From Lama glama (lineage: Eukaryota), in contig CM052816.1 of the NCBI GenBank assembly GCA_028534125.1, positions 101,806,001 through 101,866,000 on the forward strand: a DNA stretch of 60,000 nucleotides, read 5' to 3'. The notes below the pieces were generated by a model. It was not told the origin of the DNA. It made no database searches and saw only the letters and a program-made list of their open reading frames with translations. Positions 40,480 through 53,522 of the stretch are shown here, piece by piece (within the stretch, counting starts at the first letter, position 1; every line of letters begins with the position of its first letter). A program made the position numbers and the translations under genes.

Positions 40480-41060
40480 TTCTTGGGAAGAGGGCTCTGC
40501 GCAGGGGTCTCCATCGTGGAGCGGGGCCGGCGGAGGACACTTACCCGGCCAGCGGGGCGCGGAGGCTCAGGCGCGCCCGCGGGAGGAGACGGCCCAGCCC
40601 AGGCGCTGTGGCGGCGCGACTGCCGGCACTCGCATCTCGGGGACCAGGCGGCGGCTGCAGCCGCGGAAGGACGGCCCCACCCCGGCACGCGAGCTGCCCC
40701 GCCCCGGAGCCAACCGAGCCGGGGAGGCGGTAGGGGGCGCGCGCGCGCATCCCCGCCCAAGTCGGTGGTCCATGGTCCATGGGCGCCACGGTGGGGTCCT
40801 GCCCTGCGTCTCTCGCGTCCTCGTGGTCTCCCCAAGGGTCTGTCGGCTCTGGGGTGCCCTGCGCCCCTCGAGGTCCCCGTGATCCCCGCGAGAGCCCCAG
40901 GCCCTCTGTTCCTCGCCCCTAGTCACCCGCCCCTTCCACCTGCACCCGCCGAGGCGGAGCGCGCACCTCTGAGTGCGGAGGTGCCAGGCTCAGGCTCCGC
41001 TAGCCGCGGGGTCCCGGCGCCCGGATTCGATTATGTAGCGTGTCCTGCCCCGCCTGCTCC
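40480..41060 (-). promoter_or_regulatory. AHRR: CpG-island promoter of AHRR with GC boxes and XREs
   Basis: Densest CpG stretch in the window. Sp1-type ccccgccc at 40697-40704 and 40751-40758. Full XRE consensus TNGCGTG at 40686-40692 (minus, TCGCGTG) and 41036-41042 (plus, TAGCGTG). kB-like GGGATTTTCC at 40006-40015 in intron 1. Lies between the PDCD6 3' end and the first AHRR coding exon. Confidence 0.8.
40545..40670 (-). other. AHRR: Putative non-coding exon 1 of AHRR (3' boundary exact, TSS approximate)
   Basis: Strong donor CGG|GTAAGT (plus acttac 40539-40544) at the downstream edge of the CpG island. AHRR is known to have a non-coding first exon. The TSS cannot be read from sequence. 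Confidence 0.7.
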
Positions 41061-42086
41061 AACTGGGTTGTTACTAGAATCAAAAGGACTGAAGAGTTTT
41101 ACAATTGAAAACATTAATGTAACACTTTTGACCCTGAACTTCCCCGGAGCCACAGGGCAATATGTGCGAAATCTCAGTCTCGGCGTATCTGGTTCGCACC
41201 AGGCGGGTGAGCGGCGGTGGACGCCTGCTACGCCCACCCGCGCTGTGGGCTCCCGAACCCCCCATCCCTTCTCCCGGGGCCTCCAGCGGGGCCCATCCCA
41301 TCCCTGGGCTGCTCCTTCCCCCTCTTCCATGCTGACCGTCTGGCGGACACATCCTGACTTTGAAAGCACTCCCTTCCCTCACTGGGCTCCCATCGCATGA
41401 CGACACTGGAGCCCCCGGGACACCCTGTGAGCCTGGCCTCACATCCCGGGGTCTCCGCCCAATGTCTGTGGGGCCCCTGGAGATCTCAGACCGATCTGCC
41501 GCCTCTGTCCTCACTCAGGGTCCTGCTTCGGTTACCCCCTAGGTGGTTCCCTGCCTTCCCTCAGCACCAACTGCTGTCCTTATCCAAGCCCTACCGACCG
41601 CGCTCCAGCGCCCACCCCGACCCCTCAGTCACTAGCAGCCCGGGGTGTCAATCCCGCACCTACCAGGCTACGAGCAAAATCCCGCCTCCGCCCAAAACCC
41701 CAGCTTCCCTCCACACCTCACAGACCCTCACAGACAGCACGTGTGCCTCAGGACCTTTCCACTTGCTGCCCTCATGGAAAGCTCGTCTCTAAACACCAGC
41801 GGGACCAGCTCCCTGATCTTGTGTCCTCAGAGAGAACGTCCACCCCAGATCGAAGTCCACGCTGTCCATCTCCTTTCCCTGCTCTGCTTTCATAGTGCAT
41901 ATACCTGCCTGAAATTACAGCAGGTGTTTCTTTGCTCCTGCTAACAGGTAAACCCACCAAGTCTGTTCTGTTCACCTCTATCCAAGGAAGGACACAGCAG
42001 AGCTGGGGCTCAAAGTGTCAGCTGAGTAAATAGTCTTATATTATTTTTTGATATGAAACAGCATGCAGCTATATTGCTGTATTTTT

Positions 42087-43154
42087 AAAAATTTTATCTA
42101 TTTTTTATTGAAGTATAGTCAGTTTACAATGTTGTGTCAATTTCTGGTGTACAGCATAATGTTTCAGGTATACATATGTACACATATATTCATTTTCATA
42201 TTCTTTTTCATAACAGGTTACTACAAGATATTGAATATAGTTTCCTGTGCTCTAAAGTAGAAACTCGTTGTTTATCTATTTATATATAGTCATTAATATC
42301 TGCAAATTTCAAACTCCCAATTTATCCCTTCCCACCCACTTCCTTCCTGGTAACCATAAGTTCATTTTCTATGTCTGAGTCTGTTTCTGTTTTGTAAATA
42401 AATCCATCTGTGTCTTTTTTTTTAGATTCCACATATGAGTGATAGCATATGGTATTTTCTTTTTCTTTCTGGCTTACTTCACTTAGAATGACAATCTTCA
42501 GGTTCATCCATGTTGCTGCAAGTAGCATTATTTTATTATTTTTCATGGCTGAGTAGTATTCCATTGTATAAATATAACACATCTTCTTTATCCAGTCATC
42601 TGTCAGTGGACATTTAGGTTGTTTCCATGTCTTGGCTATTGTAAATAGTTCTGCTATGAACATTGGGGTACATATTTCTCTTTGAATTAAGGTTCCCTCT
42701 GGATATATGCCCAGGAGTGGTATCACTGGATCATATGGTAAGTCAATTTTTAGTCTTTTGAGGTATCTCCATACTGTTTTCCATAATGGCTGCACCAAAC
42801 TACATTCCCACCAGCAGTGTAAGAGGGTTCCCTTTTCTCCACAGCCTCTCCAGCACTTATTGTTTGTGGACTTTTGAATGATGGCCATTCTGACTGGTGT
42901 GAGGTGATACCTCATTGTAGTTTTGATTTGCACTTCTCTGATAATTAGTGATATTGAGCATTTTTCCATGTGCCTATTGGCCATTTGTATGTTTTCATTG
43001 GAGAATTGCTTGTTTAGGTCTTCTGCCCATTTTTGGATTGTGTGTTTTTTTTAAATAAGTTGTTATGAGCTGTTAATATATTTTGGAAATTAAGCCCTTG
43101 TCAGTCTCATTTTTTACAAATATTTTCTCCTGTTCCATAGGTTGTCTTTTTGTT
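42087..43154 (-). mobile_element. Younger 5'-truncated L1 (~1.07 kb) with TSD
   Basis: ORF 42322..42984(-) is the ORF2p C-terminus with the CCHC motif [18 protein letters not shown] (frameshifted near its end). TSD ttgctgtattttt at 42074-42086 and 43155-43167. Target reads TT/AAAAAA on the minus strand, the canonical L1 endonuclease site. Confidence 0.95.
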
Positions 43155-46100
43155 TTGCTGTATTTTTTAAGTTGTTAAAATCAACAGTTAAATCTTGATC
43201 CAAGTTTTGTACAGTGCGTTATGCACAGAAAAATTCTGGGCGAATAACTTAGGTTACAAGTGAACTTTAATTTCTTTTTATTTTTTAAAATTTCTACAAT
43301 TCCTGAACATTTTGCAAGGAGCATGGAGTGCTTTTGTATCTTTTACTGTAGGTTTTCTTTTTATTAATGAGAATAAGTAAGCATGTGTGTGACATTCAGG
43401 GCCCACATCTTGGCATGGCAGAGGTAAGGTGGGTCTGTCCTGCCATATCCAAGGCCTGTGGGGAACCCTCGGACCCAAGAAGGTGGGTGAAGACACCTGA
43501 GTGGGGACCCTGAGGATCTGGGGATTTATAAGAGCCAGCATGTCCCCTGCATGGAAAGACAGCACCTACATATCTCAGAGCACCCTTTCTAGGTTGCTGT
43601 CCAGGCACCAGTCCCAGTTACCCACGCTGTCCCATCGGGAAGCAGCCTGAGTGAGATTCCTCATTGCTTCTTGCTGCCGCTTCCTGGGGCAGGTCAAGCT
43701 ATGCAGCCAACATGCAGGAGAAAACCAAAGTGTCCACTTCCCCTTCCTGCCCTCAAACCACCCACCTCGGCTGTGTCCCCAAAGCCTGTGGGCTCTGCAG
43801 ACCCTGTGGGTTGGCAGGACTGAACACAAACAGGATAACCCTTCTCAGGGAGGTGTCACCTGTGATGTCCCAGGATTCCAGGGCGAGCCCCCTTGGTGGG
43901 AGCCCTGGGCAGCTTTCCCACTGGAGCGTCGTGACTCAGGGCTTTCTGCTCATCCAGGTCGTGCAGACACACAGCAGGCTGCAGCAAATGTCCGGGTGCC
44001 CCTTAGTCTTCACCGTGGTGACCACTCTGCCCCCACTCCCATCACATGGATCCAAATACAGCTGGACACCCCCCCAACCCGCAGTGTCTCCCCTCTGCGG
44101 CCACAGTTCAGGCAGCCTTCTCCTCAGAGACCCCTCCCAGCTCAGGACCCCCCCACTTCAAACAGGCTCCAAGTTGCTGAGTCTTCCCGCTCCACCCACA
44201 CTTCCAACCAGCGGGGGACCAATTCCTCTTTCCTGGATCATTTGTCCTCCTAGGGTGGGAGGGTGACCCACACCCATCAGGGAAGAGCTGGGAAAAGAGA
44301 CAATCCCCCAGGTGCCACCCAGCCCCCACTGCCCACTTCTGTGTCCCAGATGTGGCCGTTCTGGGAGCTCAGTGATGTGACAGCCACATAAGCATGATCT
44401 GCCAGCCTGGCTCTGCCCGCCTGCCCTCTCCCAGTGGTTGTGTCCTCCTCCCTCCCCACACAGCCAAGGCCGTCCTCAGAGGCAGGCAGGGGTGTGCTGT
44501 CACCCTGCAGTGCCCAGCACAGGTGCCAGACCACACTCCTGGTCGGGGATAGCTAGTGCCTGTCACTTGAGCAGCCCTTGTGCAGGTCTGTGCTTTCTCT
44601 CTCCCACCTCACTTCCCCTGGAGGCCGGAGGAGGACGTGGAGCATTCTGTCCAGAGCTGCTGGGTGGCTCCCTGCTGTTATCTCTGTGGGTAGCTCTCGA
44701 GTCCCCCTCCCTGTCCAGCTTCAATTGCATCAGAAGTCACCTCTGTGCAGGAGGTGGACAGCCAGGCAGGGCTTCCCACTCTTGGCGAAAGCTTGGATCC
44801 TGCAAGATTTGTCAGCTTGGGGCAGCCTGGCCTGCGGCTGGGTTGGGGCAGGAAGGGGCAGGACAGGCCCCGGGGGAGGGTGGCCGACACGCACCTGCAC
44901 CCTCGCATCTGCAGGAGCCTCCTTGCAGGGCTCAGGGTCCCCACCTGCAGGTGGAGAAGGGCCCAGCAGTGGGGGCTCCAGGCACCTCCCCAAACCCTCC
45001 ACCCACAGGAGGCCCCAGGACAGAGGCCCCAGGAAGGGGCGGGGCCCCCTAGTGGGTGTCCATCTGGGAAGGGCCTGGTGTGGTGGAGGGTACAGGACTG
45101 CATTGAAGCCACGTGGTATCTGGCAAGGCAGTGAAGCAGAAATGAACCAGGCACTCCACTGGCTCAGGGACATTGGAGTCAATAAAACATGATTCCAGGG
45201 TTGCTCCTGAACACCAGAGGTGTTGGCTGTGGCGGACGGGCACGGGAGCAGATGAGGTGTCAGAAGGTAAGAGACCCTCAGGGGGTGGGCAGAGCCGGTC
45301 CTGTCCGGGTCTAACCGCAGCCCTCTCACCTCCACCTCTCAGCACCCCCACCCTGCTGCCAGCAGCCCTGCGCCAGTCACCCTGAGGACCCTGCAGACCC
45401 CAGGCCCACCAGGTGGCTGGCCCTGCGCAGACATCTGCTCCTCTGAGGCTCCTGTCAGCAGGAGCTGGGAGTGGTGGGCACGTCCCCACCCTCAGCAGAC
45501 CCTTGGGGGTCTCACCCAACTTGAGGGTCCAGTGGGAAACCATGAGCCTGGATATTCACTGCCCCTGGAGCATGGAGCAGGGGAGGGATGGTGCCCCCTT
45601 CCCTGGGACTGGCTGGTCCTGGGGGCTGTGGCCAGAAAGGCAGAGGCTGGCTTTGCCCGGGGCACTCACGTGCGGGGTCAGGGTTTGCAGGGAGCCCATG
45701 CCTGCGAAGAGTGGGCAGCAAAGACCCTCCAGGCTCCGCCCTCTCTCCTGCCTGCTCCAGAAGCATCCGGGCCTGCCCAGGGGTTTCACAGGTGCTGTTC
45801 CCTCTGACTGGAACAGTCTTCCCGGAGTATCTGGCCTGTCATTTCCCATTTCCTTCCGGTTAAGGCAGAGCCACCCAACGCCCGTCACTTCCTCACCCTG
45901 GGGTCTATGGGGAGAGGGCAGTGCAGGAACTTGCGTCCACCTTGTACCTGCTGCAGCCTCCCAGCCCAGAATCAGCCACTGTGGGGGCTGCGGGGGGGGG
46001 GGGGCGGAAGGAGTGGGGAGAGGCCAGCTCCCCGGAGTTATTTCCTTTCTTGCACAACCCCAGCCCCCAGTGAACAATGACTCACTTGCCTGGTTCTCTT

Positions 46101-47269
46101 TGAACCTGCCTATCCTCCACATCCTTCGGCAGCTCCATGAGTCAGCCCATCTCAGCCCCCACACCCCACATAGACAGTCCCTCCAGGCCACTGCCCGCTC
46201 AGCCAGCCTCCTCGAGGTCCACTCACTCCGTTGTGCTGGAGCACATCCTCCAGGAACCGCCCATTTAAAGGAACGGAATGTGGGAGGAACATTTATCGGA
46301 AACTATCTCCTGATTCACCCAGGACGTTCAGCTTGGAAACCGCTTCCCTCCACGTGTCTGAGCTCCGGCCCCTTGCCCATGCCCCGCACCGTGTCCTCTC
46401 TCCTTGTGCCGGGGTTTGGTGGCCCTCCCTGCAGCCTGTCCATCAAACTCACCTCACCAGCCTTAGCCCTGGAAAATGCCCCTCTGTCCTTTTGAATTTT
46501 TCCTCCCTACAGTTTTCTCTAGTCCTTAACTTTTTCCCTTCCAGATATTTCCAAATACTCTATTTTTAACTTCTAAGAGTGATTTCTCATTCTGTACTAC
46601 TTCCCTCTCCTAGAACTGATTCCTTTTTAATGCATGCAGCGTCTTCAGCCGTCTCTGAGATAAGCAGCTGCAGGTTGCAGGGGCTCTAAGGTGTTTCTTC
46701 TAGTCCCTGACTCGCCCCTTGTGCAAATGTCAGGTGGGCCTTCCTGTGCTTCACACGACAGGGAGGCACTGCCCTGGACGGACGGAGTGGTGAGCTTGGG
46801 CAGTGGGTGTCTCTGGGCACGATCTAGGTGGTGGGTTTCTGTGAGCTGCCTAGGGATGGAGGGGCTCGCCCCACAGGGAGCCCCCAGGCCTCCCCCAACC
46901 CCTTTGGCTGCCACTGCCCTCCTGAACCTTCCCGGCCTCCCTGGAATTTGCCCTTTGGGGGCTTGAGGACAGGTGTTTCCCTCTATGGCTCTTTGCATTG
47001 TTTGAAGGCAATTTCAATGGGAACTTTGCCATCTTAAAGCTTCTCTGAATTGCTGGCAGCTGGTTTGAACCTACATAACAAGAGGAGGCCCTGCACAACT
47101 GTCCTGGGTGCTGTCTGGTGGGAAGAATGGGCGGGCCAGAGGTGCCCCGTGCTCCCCACCTCCCAGCGTGAACCGGGCAGGTTCCAGGGCACCTTCCATC
47201 CAAATCCCAGCCTAACCACCACTCATCATGGGACTTCTGCCAGCTATGGGCCCTCCCTGGGCCTTCACT

Positions 47270-48745
47270 TTCTTGTATATAAAACAAGTAAGTACAGACC
47301 AATGGAACAAAAAAGAGAGCTTAGAAATACCCTCACACATATGGTCAATGATGTCTGACAAGGGTGCTGAGATCACTCAGGAGGGAAAGGACTTTCTTTC
47401 CAACAAATGGTGGTGGGGAGATGGACATCCACGTGGAAAAGAGTGAAGCTGGACCCTCGCCTACCACCACGTGCAACAGTCACCTCAAAGTGGATCAAGA
47501 CCTACGTACAAATACAGCCCTTAGAAGACGACACAGGGGGAAAGCCTCGTGACTGGGTCTGGCGATGGTTTCACGCATATGACACCGAAAGCACAAGCAA
47601 CTAAAGAAAGTAAGGTAAGTTAGACTAGGTCAAAATGTGGAACTTTCTTTAAATGAAGTATCACTGACCTACAACGTTGTGTCAGTTTCTGGTGTGCGGC
47701 ATTGTGATTCAGTTATACACATACATATGTATACACTCTTTTGTATTCTTTTTCATTAGAGGTTATTACAAGTTACTGAATATAGTTCTTGTGCTATACA
47801 GTAGGACCATGTTTAAAAATTTAGAACTTTTGTGCCTCAGTTTTCATTATCAATAGAGTGAAAAGGCGACTTACAGAATGGGAGAAAATGTTGCAGATCA
47901 TACATCTGACAAGGAATTAATATCCAGAGTACATGAAGAAACCCTATAACTCAACAATCAGAGACAACCAATGTTAAAATGGGCAAAGGTCTTGAACAGA
48001 CATTTCTCCAAAGACTTACGAACGGCCAGCAAGCACATGAAAAGATGCTCAACATCACCGATCATTAGGGAAATGCAGATCAAAACTACGAATGAGATGC
48101 CACCTCACACCTGTTGGGATGGCTACTACCAAAACATAACAAGAGGTGGCGAGGATGTGGGGACACTGGATTTGTTACGCACTATTGGTAGGAATGTAAA
48201 GTGGTACAACTACTGTGGAAAACAGTATGGAAGTTCCTCCCAAGGTTAAACACAGAATTACTATAAAACCAGGGTCTTGAGATATTTGTACACCAATATC
48301 CACAGCAGCATATTCACAGTAGCCAAAAGGTGGAAGCAACTCAAGTGTCCATCAACAGATGAGTGAATAAACACAGTGTGGTCCATTCACACAATGGACT
48401 CTTCAGCCTCACCAAGGAAGGGCACTGCGACACCTGCTGCAACATGTGAACCTCGAGGACGCTACGCTCAGTGAGATAAGCCAGTCGCAAGGGACAAACC
48501 CTGTAGGATTCCACTGGTGCAAGGGACCCAGAGGAGTCAGATGCAGAGAGACAGTAAGCAGGGTGGCGGGGGCCAGGGGCTGGAGGAGGGGGTGGGCAGC
48601 ATTTTTCAGGGGGACAGAGGCTCAGTTTTACAGGATGAAGTCACAGAGGCGATGGTGCTGGCACACCCGAGTGTACTTAATACCGCTGAACAGCACACTT
48701 AAAACCGGTTAAAATGGGCAATTTTATGTTATGCACAGTTTAAGA
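47270..48745 (+). mobile_element. Old L1 (L1MA/MB-like) ORF2 end and 3' UTR
   Basis: [32 protein letters not shown] (47971..) and typical 3' UTR ending aaaatgggcaattttatgttatg. Confidence 0.88.
47647..47815 (-). mobile_element. Very short L1 3'-UTR insertion (~170 bp) nested antisense in the older L1
   Basis: Similar to 42105-42270 (gttgtgtcagtttctggtgt...tgaatatagtt..tgtgctatacagtagga). Flanked by aaaatgtggaacttt (47632-47646) / aaaatttagaacttt (47816-47830), a probable TSD with two mismatches. Confidence 0.8.
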
Positions 48746-50939
48746 CACACACAGCAGGTAAGAATCTCCACCTTTAACTATCTTTCCGTGGGGTGCACAT
48801 GCTGACTCTCAGAGGCAGACGTGGTCGTGTGCTGGCCTCCTGGAGCCTCTAGACACTGACCAAATAATCATGCACGCTCACACTCACAGGTGCTCGTAAA
48901 CGCCATGGAGCAGGGCAGTGCCCCGCCCTGCCAGCTGGCGTGAGGTGAGGGGGGCACACCCTGCCCAGCCCCCTGTCCAGTCCCCGCCTCCCAGGGCAGC
49001 AGGGTGGTCCTGCGGGTGGGGGGCCTCGGCTAGAGGGATTCGGGTGACCGGAGGACCACCCAGGGGAACTCTGTGGGGACTATCTTGGCCACACAGCATC
49101 CCGCGTGCTTCACGGCCACTTTCTAGGGCAGTTGCTGCTGTCCTCACAGCTCAGCCCGGGGGCCCTCTGGTGGCACTGCTGCTTCCGTACATTCCCCGCT
49201 GGCTGGTCACTGAGGTCAGGGCTCCAGTTCTGGGGGAGGTGCGTCCCTCCGGGTGGGACTGCACTGCCCCCATGTGGCCGACTGGCCTCCGAGACCAAGC
49301 AGCCATGGCCCATCCAGGGGAGTCCTCACCTCCCTGCAGCCTGGTGAGCAACGGGGCTCAGGATGGACCCCCAACCCTTAAGGCTACCTGCCTCTCGCGC
49401 CTTCCAGGGGGGCAGCCACGTCCCCACCCCTCACACCCCTACATGCCTCTCAACGTACCTTCACTGGCCAAAACTCTGGACTCCACTGACAGTGTGCAGC
49501 GTCTGCACCGCACACCTGAGCGAATCTGCATGGCACACTTGTATCTCTACCACACACCTGTGTCTGTCCCTCACACCTGAGTACTTCTGAGCCATCCACC
49601 TGTGAGGTGCTGACAGGCCCAAACTATTTTCACTGGTGCCATGGCCACTTCCTGAGAGACCAAAACCCACCCACAATGAGACCTTCTCTCAAAATCGTCT
49701 CCCCTTTTTCCTTCATGTCCCTGAATCAGGGGATGCGCCTGAGCACGGCCACTCACAGGTGCGAGCTGGCCTCCAATGACCTGCAGAGATCAAACGCCGA
49801 CTGTGCACTGGGCAGGTTCTGCTCCGAGGCCATGAATCGCCATTGCTTGAGAGCAGCTGGAGGGGTTCCAGGTCCCAGGAATCCAGGACAAAGGCAGGGC
49901 CGGCCTGCGGAGTGGTGGTGGTGGGGGAGGGCAGCCTGTGGGGTCAGAGATCAGCGAGGTGGATTCCCACCGCCCTCACTCTAAGCTTGGGGACCTTGCA
50001 GCGCAGGTCAAGGGACAGCTAAGCACAGGGCCCCCCAGGGGAGGAAGGACACCGCTGTGCATAGGGGACAGGGAGGCAGGCTACCGGTACCTTGGGGGTA
50101 AGGCGATGGAGGTGGTGGAGTACTAGCTGGAAGACGCTGAGTCCACCTGAGCACCCAGACGTCCCAGGTCTCAGGGAGTCAGGAACTTGGGTTCTAGATT
50201 CACGAAGACCTCAGGGAGTCTGGAGTTTGGGGCCTGGGGTTCTGAAGGACTCTCAAAATAAAAACTTTGGGGACTGACCTCACTGGAGTAGAACTTGGGA
50301 TCACGTGCTGGTGCCCTCACGAGTGTGTTGAAATCCAGAGAGGTCCCCAAATGGAGAGGGTGGAAATCCCCCGAGACCCCCCAGCTCAGAAGGCCGGTCT
50401 CTGAGCCACAGACTCTTCACCCTGATCCAGTATACTGTGGTCAGTGACGTTCCCTCCAATCACAGACACCACAGACAGGAAGCCACAGCCCCCAGTTCCC
50501 CACCCAGCACAGGTCCCCCAAACGAAACCCCCCCGACACCCGGTTTTTGGTGCCCCAGCCCCATTTATCGATCCCTGGTACCCGCCCAGAACCCCAGGTT
50601 CCTCACAGCCTCTGCCCCGAATCCTGGTTTGCGGAAGCACACGAAGGGAGGGACAGACAGGAGAGCCTGAAGTGATTCCACGGGGGCAGGCACAGCACTG
50701 GCTGCACCTCTCGCTTGCAACTCACAGACCGCCACTGGCGCACAGGGGCATTGTTAGCAAGTGAAAGAAATCCCACCCCCTTCTAACCCAAATCTGGATC
50801 TGTACGCCCAACGCTGTACAAATACAGACCAACTCCTATCATGGAGGAGGGGCAAATCTCTGGATTTCCAGGAGCAGAGCCAGGGGTTACCCCGGAAGAT
50901 GCCAGACCCCTCGGAGCCCAGCCGACCAGAAGGAGCCAG

Positions 50940-51406
50940 CTGGGGACAAGGGCCTGTGTGCTTTATTGCTTGTGCTGCAAATGCAAGTGAATACAATAAA
51001 CCTCTTTAAAAAGTAAGGCACGTGAGCAGCCTTCTATGCAAGTTCCAAATTATTTAAAATTCCTATTGGCTAATAAGGTATCTTCACTCTAGAATGGGAG
51101 CTATCTAGAAAAGCACATGATGAGTTCTGTGCATGCAGAAGACCTGAAACATCATTACATCTCACCTCATGGCACAGGTGAAGTCTCAAATCGAATGTCT
51201 ATATCTGACACGACTATTGTTACAGTTGTGAAACATTAATCAGCTTATCCACATATGTACAGTTGGGTCCCCAGATATTCATTATACAAAACCTAAAACA
51301 GGAACAGAATCTAACTGCATCCGTGTTCGTTTTGTTAAAATAAGAGATTTGGCATTTTCAGTCTCTTTTATCCGTAAGCCATGTTGGTACTTGCAGAAGG
51401 CCCATG
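50940..51406 (-). other. PDCD6: PDCD6 3' UTR (~460 nt, 3' end approximate)
   Basis: AT-rich stretch between the stop codon and the first minus-strand AATAAA; composition returns to GC-rich beyond it. Confidence 0.75.
50962..50967 (-). terminator. PDCD6: PDCD6 polyadenylation signal AATAAA
   Basis: Plus strand tttatt at 50962-50967, ~440 nt past the stop. An upstream UGUA (plus taca 50992-50995) sits in U-rich context. Confidence 0.8.
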
Positions 51407-51700
<294 letters not shown>

Positions 51701-53183
51701 CTACCAGGAAGACGTGGGGGTCGGGCAGGACGACAGGGGTCAGAGGCCACGTGTGGGCTGCAGGCCCAGATCAGCTACACACCCCAGCCCTGGGTCCTGG
51801 CCGTTTCCCCAGTGGCGAGCCTGGGCCTTCCCTTCCCACTCTAAGACCATCTCCTGGAGGGCTTTCCTGACCACTCAACTCTTCTCTGGACACATGCTGC
51901 TCAGGACAAAGGGGAACCAGTCCCCTCTGGGGCTTCTCCTTGAGAACCTGCCCCCTCTTCCCCTCTTCCCCCCTTCCCCCCCAGCAGGGTTAGGGCCAGA
52001 GCCAGAAGGGTGGGTCTTTCTGAGCCAGCTCAGGACCTGCCTGCCCCACCTCCCCATCCGACCCCCTACAGCTCAAAACCCGCCTGCCCCCTCTCCTCCT
52101 GCCTGACTCCCACCTCCACTCAAGGGGCTCCACTTCAGTCTGTTCACAAGCCTGGCCACCTGCCAGCAGGGAAGGTCAGGTAAGTGCCACGGAAATGCAG
52201 ATGCGGGGCAACCATAACAGACCCTGAAGAGTCCCGACACAGGAGAAGACAACACCTTAGGCTCATGGCGACCTTGGCGGCCAGCTGACTGCCGCCAAGG
52301 GGCCTAGGGCAAGACTGGAGCCTGGCCTGGGAGCCATGCCACCTGCACCCCTGTGTCGCCAGGCCCCTGGTCCCACCCTTCCTGTGCTGGGCAGGTTGAC
52401 AAACGGGGCCGACACAGGTGGTGGTCCACGCAGGTGTCAGTGTGAGAAACATGGGTGTGGAACAAACCACAGAGCCACCAGCAGCAGTGGACTCCCGCTG
52501 GGAGAACAAAGGTGGCCTTCCTTTCTTTATACTTCATTGTATTTTCCCAAGATTTCTAAGTTTTCACACTGCTGTGTAAAAAATAGTTTTCAAAAAGCCT
52601 TCTTTTTGGAAAGAGGCAAATGAAGGAAAACGCTTTTGAGAATTTTTGCGTGTGGCCCGAGGCTCTGCTTTTCCTCTCCAGTTCCCCAGCTCTGTCCAGC
52701 TTGTAGGCTCCTTCTCCAGGGGTGGCAGGACCAGGCGCCAGTCTGAGAGCAGCCCACAGGCCTGCAGAGGTGCCGAGCGAGCTCCTCACAGGACTCAGAT
52801 CCTGCTACCCAGGGGCTGAACTTGGATCCTACCTACAAACAGGAGCAGGGTCCGTGTGGGAACAGCCAGGGAGGGTTTGAGTACCCCTGCCCTCCATCCT
52901 GGGGGTGCCTCTGGGTGCCTATTCCAGCCCTGCACTAGTTCCCGTCTGGTAAAGTCGTGAGGCCACAGAAGGAAACCACAGAAGCACTGCAGAAAGTGTG
53001 AAGCAGCAGCCACTGAGACCACCGGCCCCACCAGACACTGCTCCCAACACTGAGATAGGGCCTCCAGGGCTCCCAGCTTCGGAGCTGGCCTCACACTCGA
53101 AGGCAGCACACCGTGAGGATCATGACAGAAACTTACCCAATTCCCAGGATAAAATAATAAATGCCACGGTGTTCATGCAATCA

Positions 53184-53522
<339 letters not shown>

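Noticed and set aside
40483..41400. 305-aa plus-strand ORF over the CpG island
   Set aside because: Expected artefact of very high GC (Arg/Pro/Ala/Gly-rich), non-ATG start, antisense to the AHRR promoter.
42322..42984. 220-aa ORF with CCHC motif as a host gene or active retroelement
   Set aside because: It is the C-terminus of L1 ORF2p in a 5'-truncated 1-kb copy with TSDs; no endonuclease or RT domain and frameshifted near the end.
45413..46495. Longest ORF in the track (360 aa, plus strand)
   Set aside because: Starts at a non-ATG codon, has Pro/Gly/Ser/Leu low-complexity composition typical of stop-poor GC-rich DNA, shows no recognisable domain, and overlapping frames are open on both strands.
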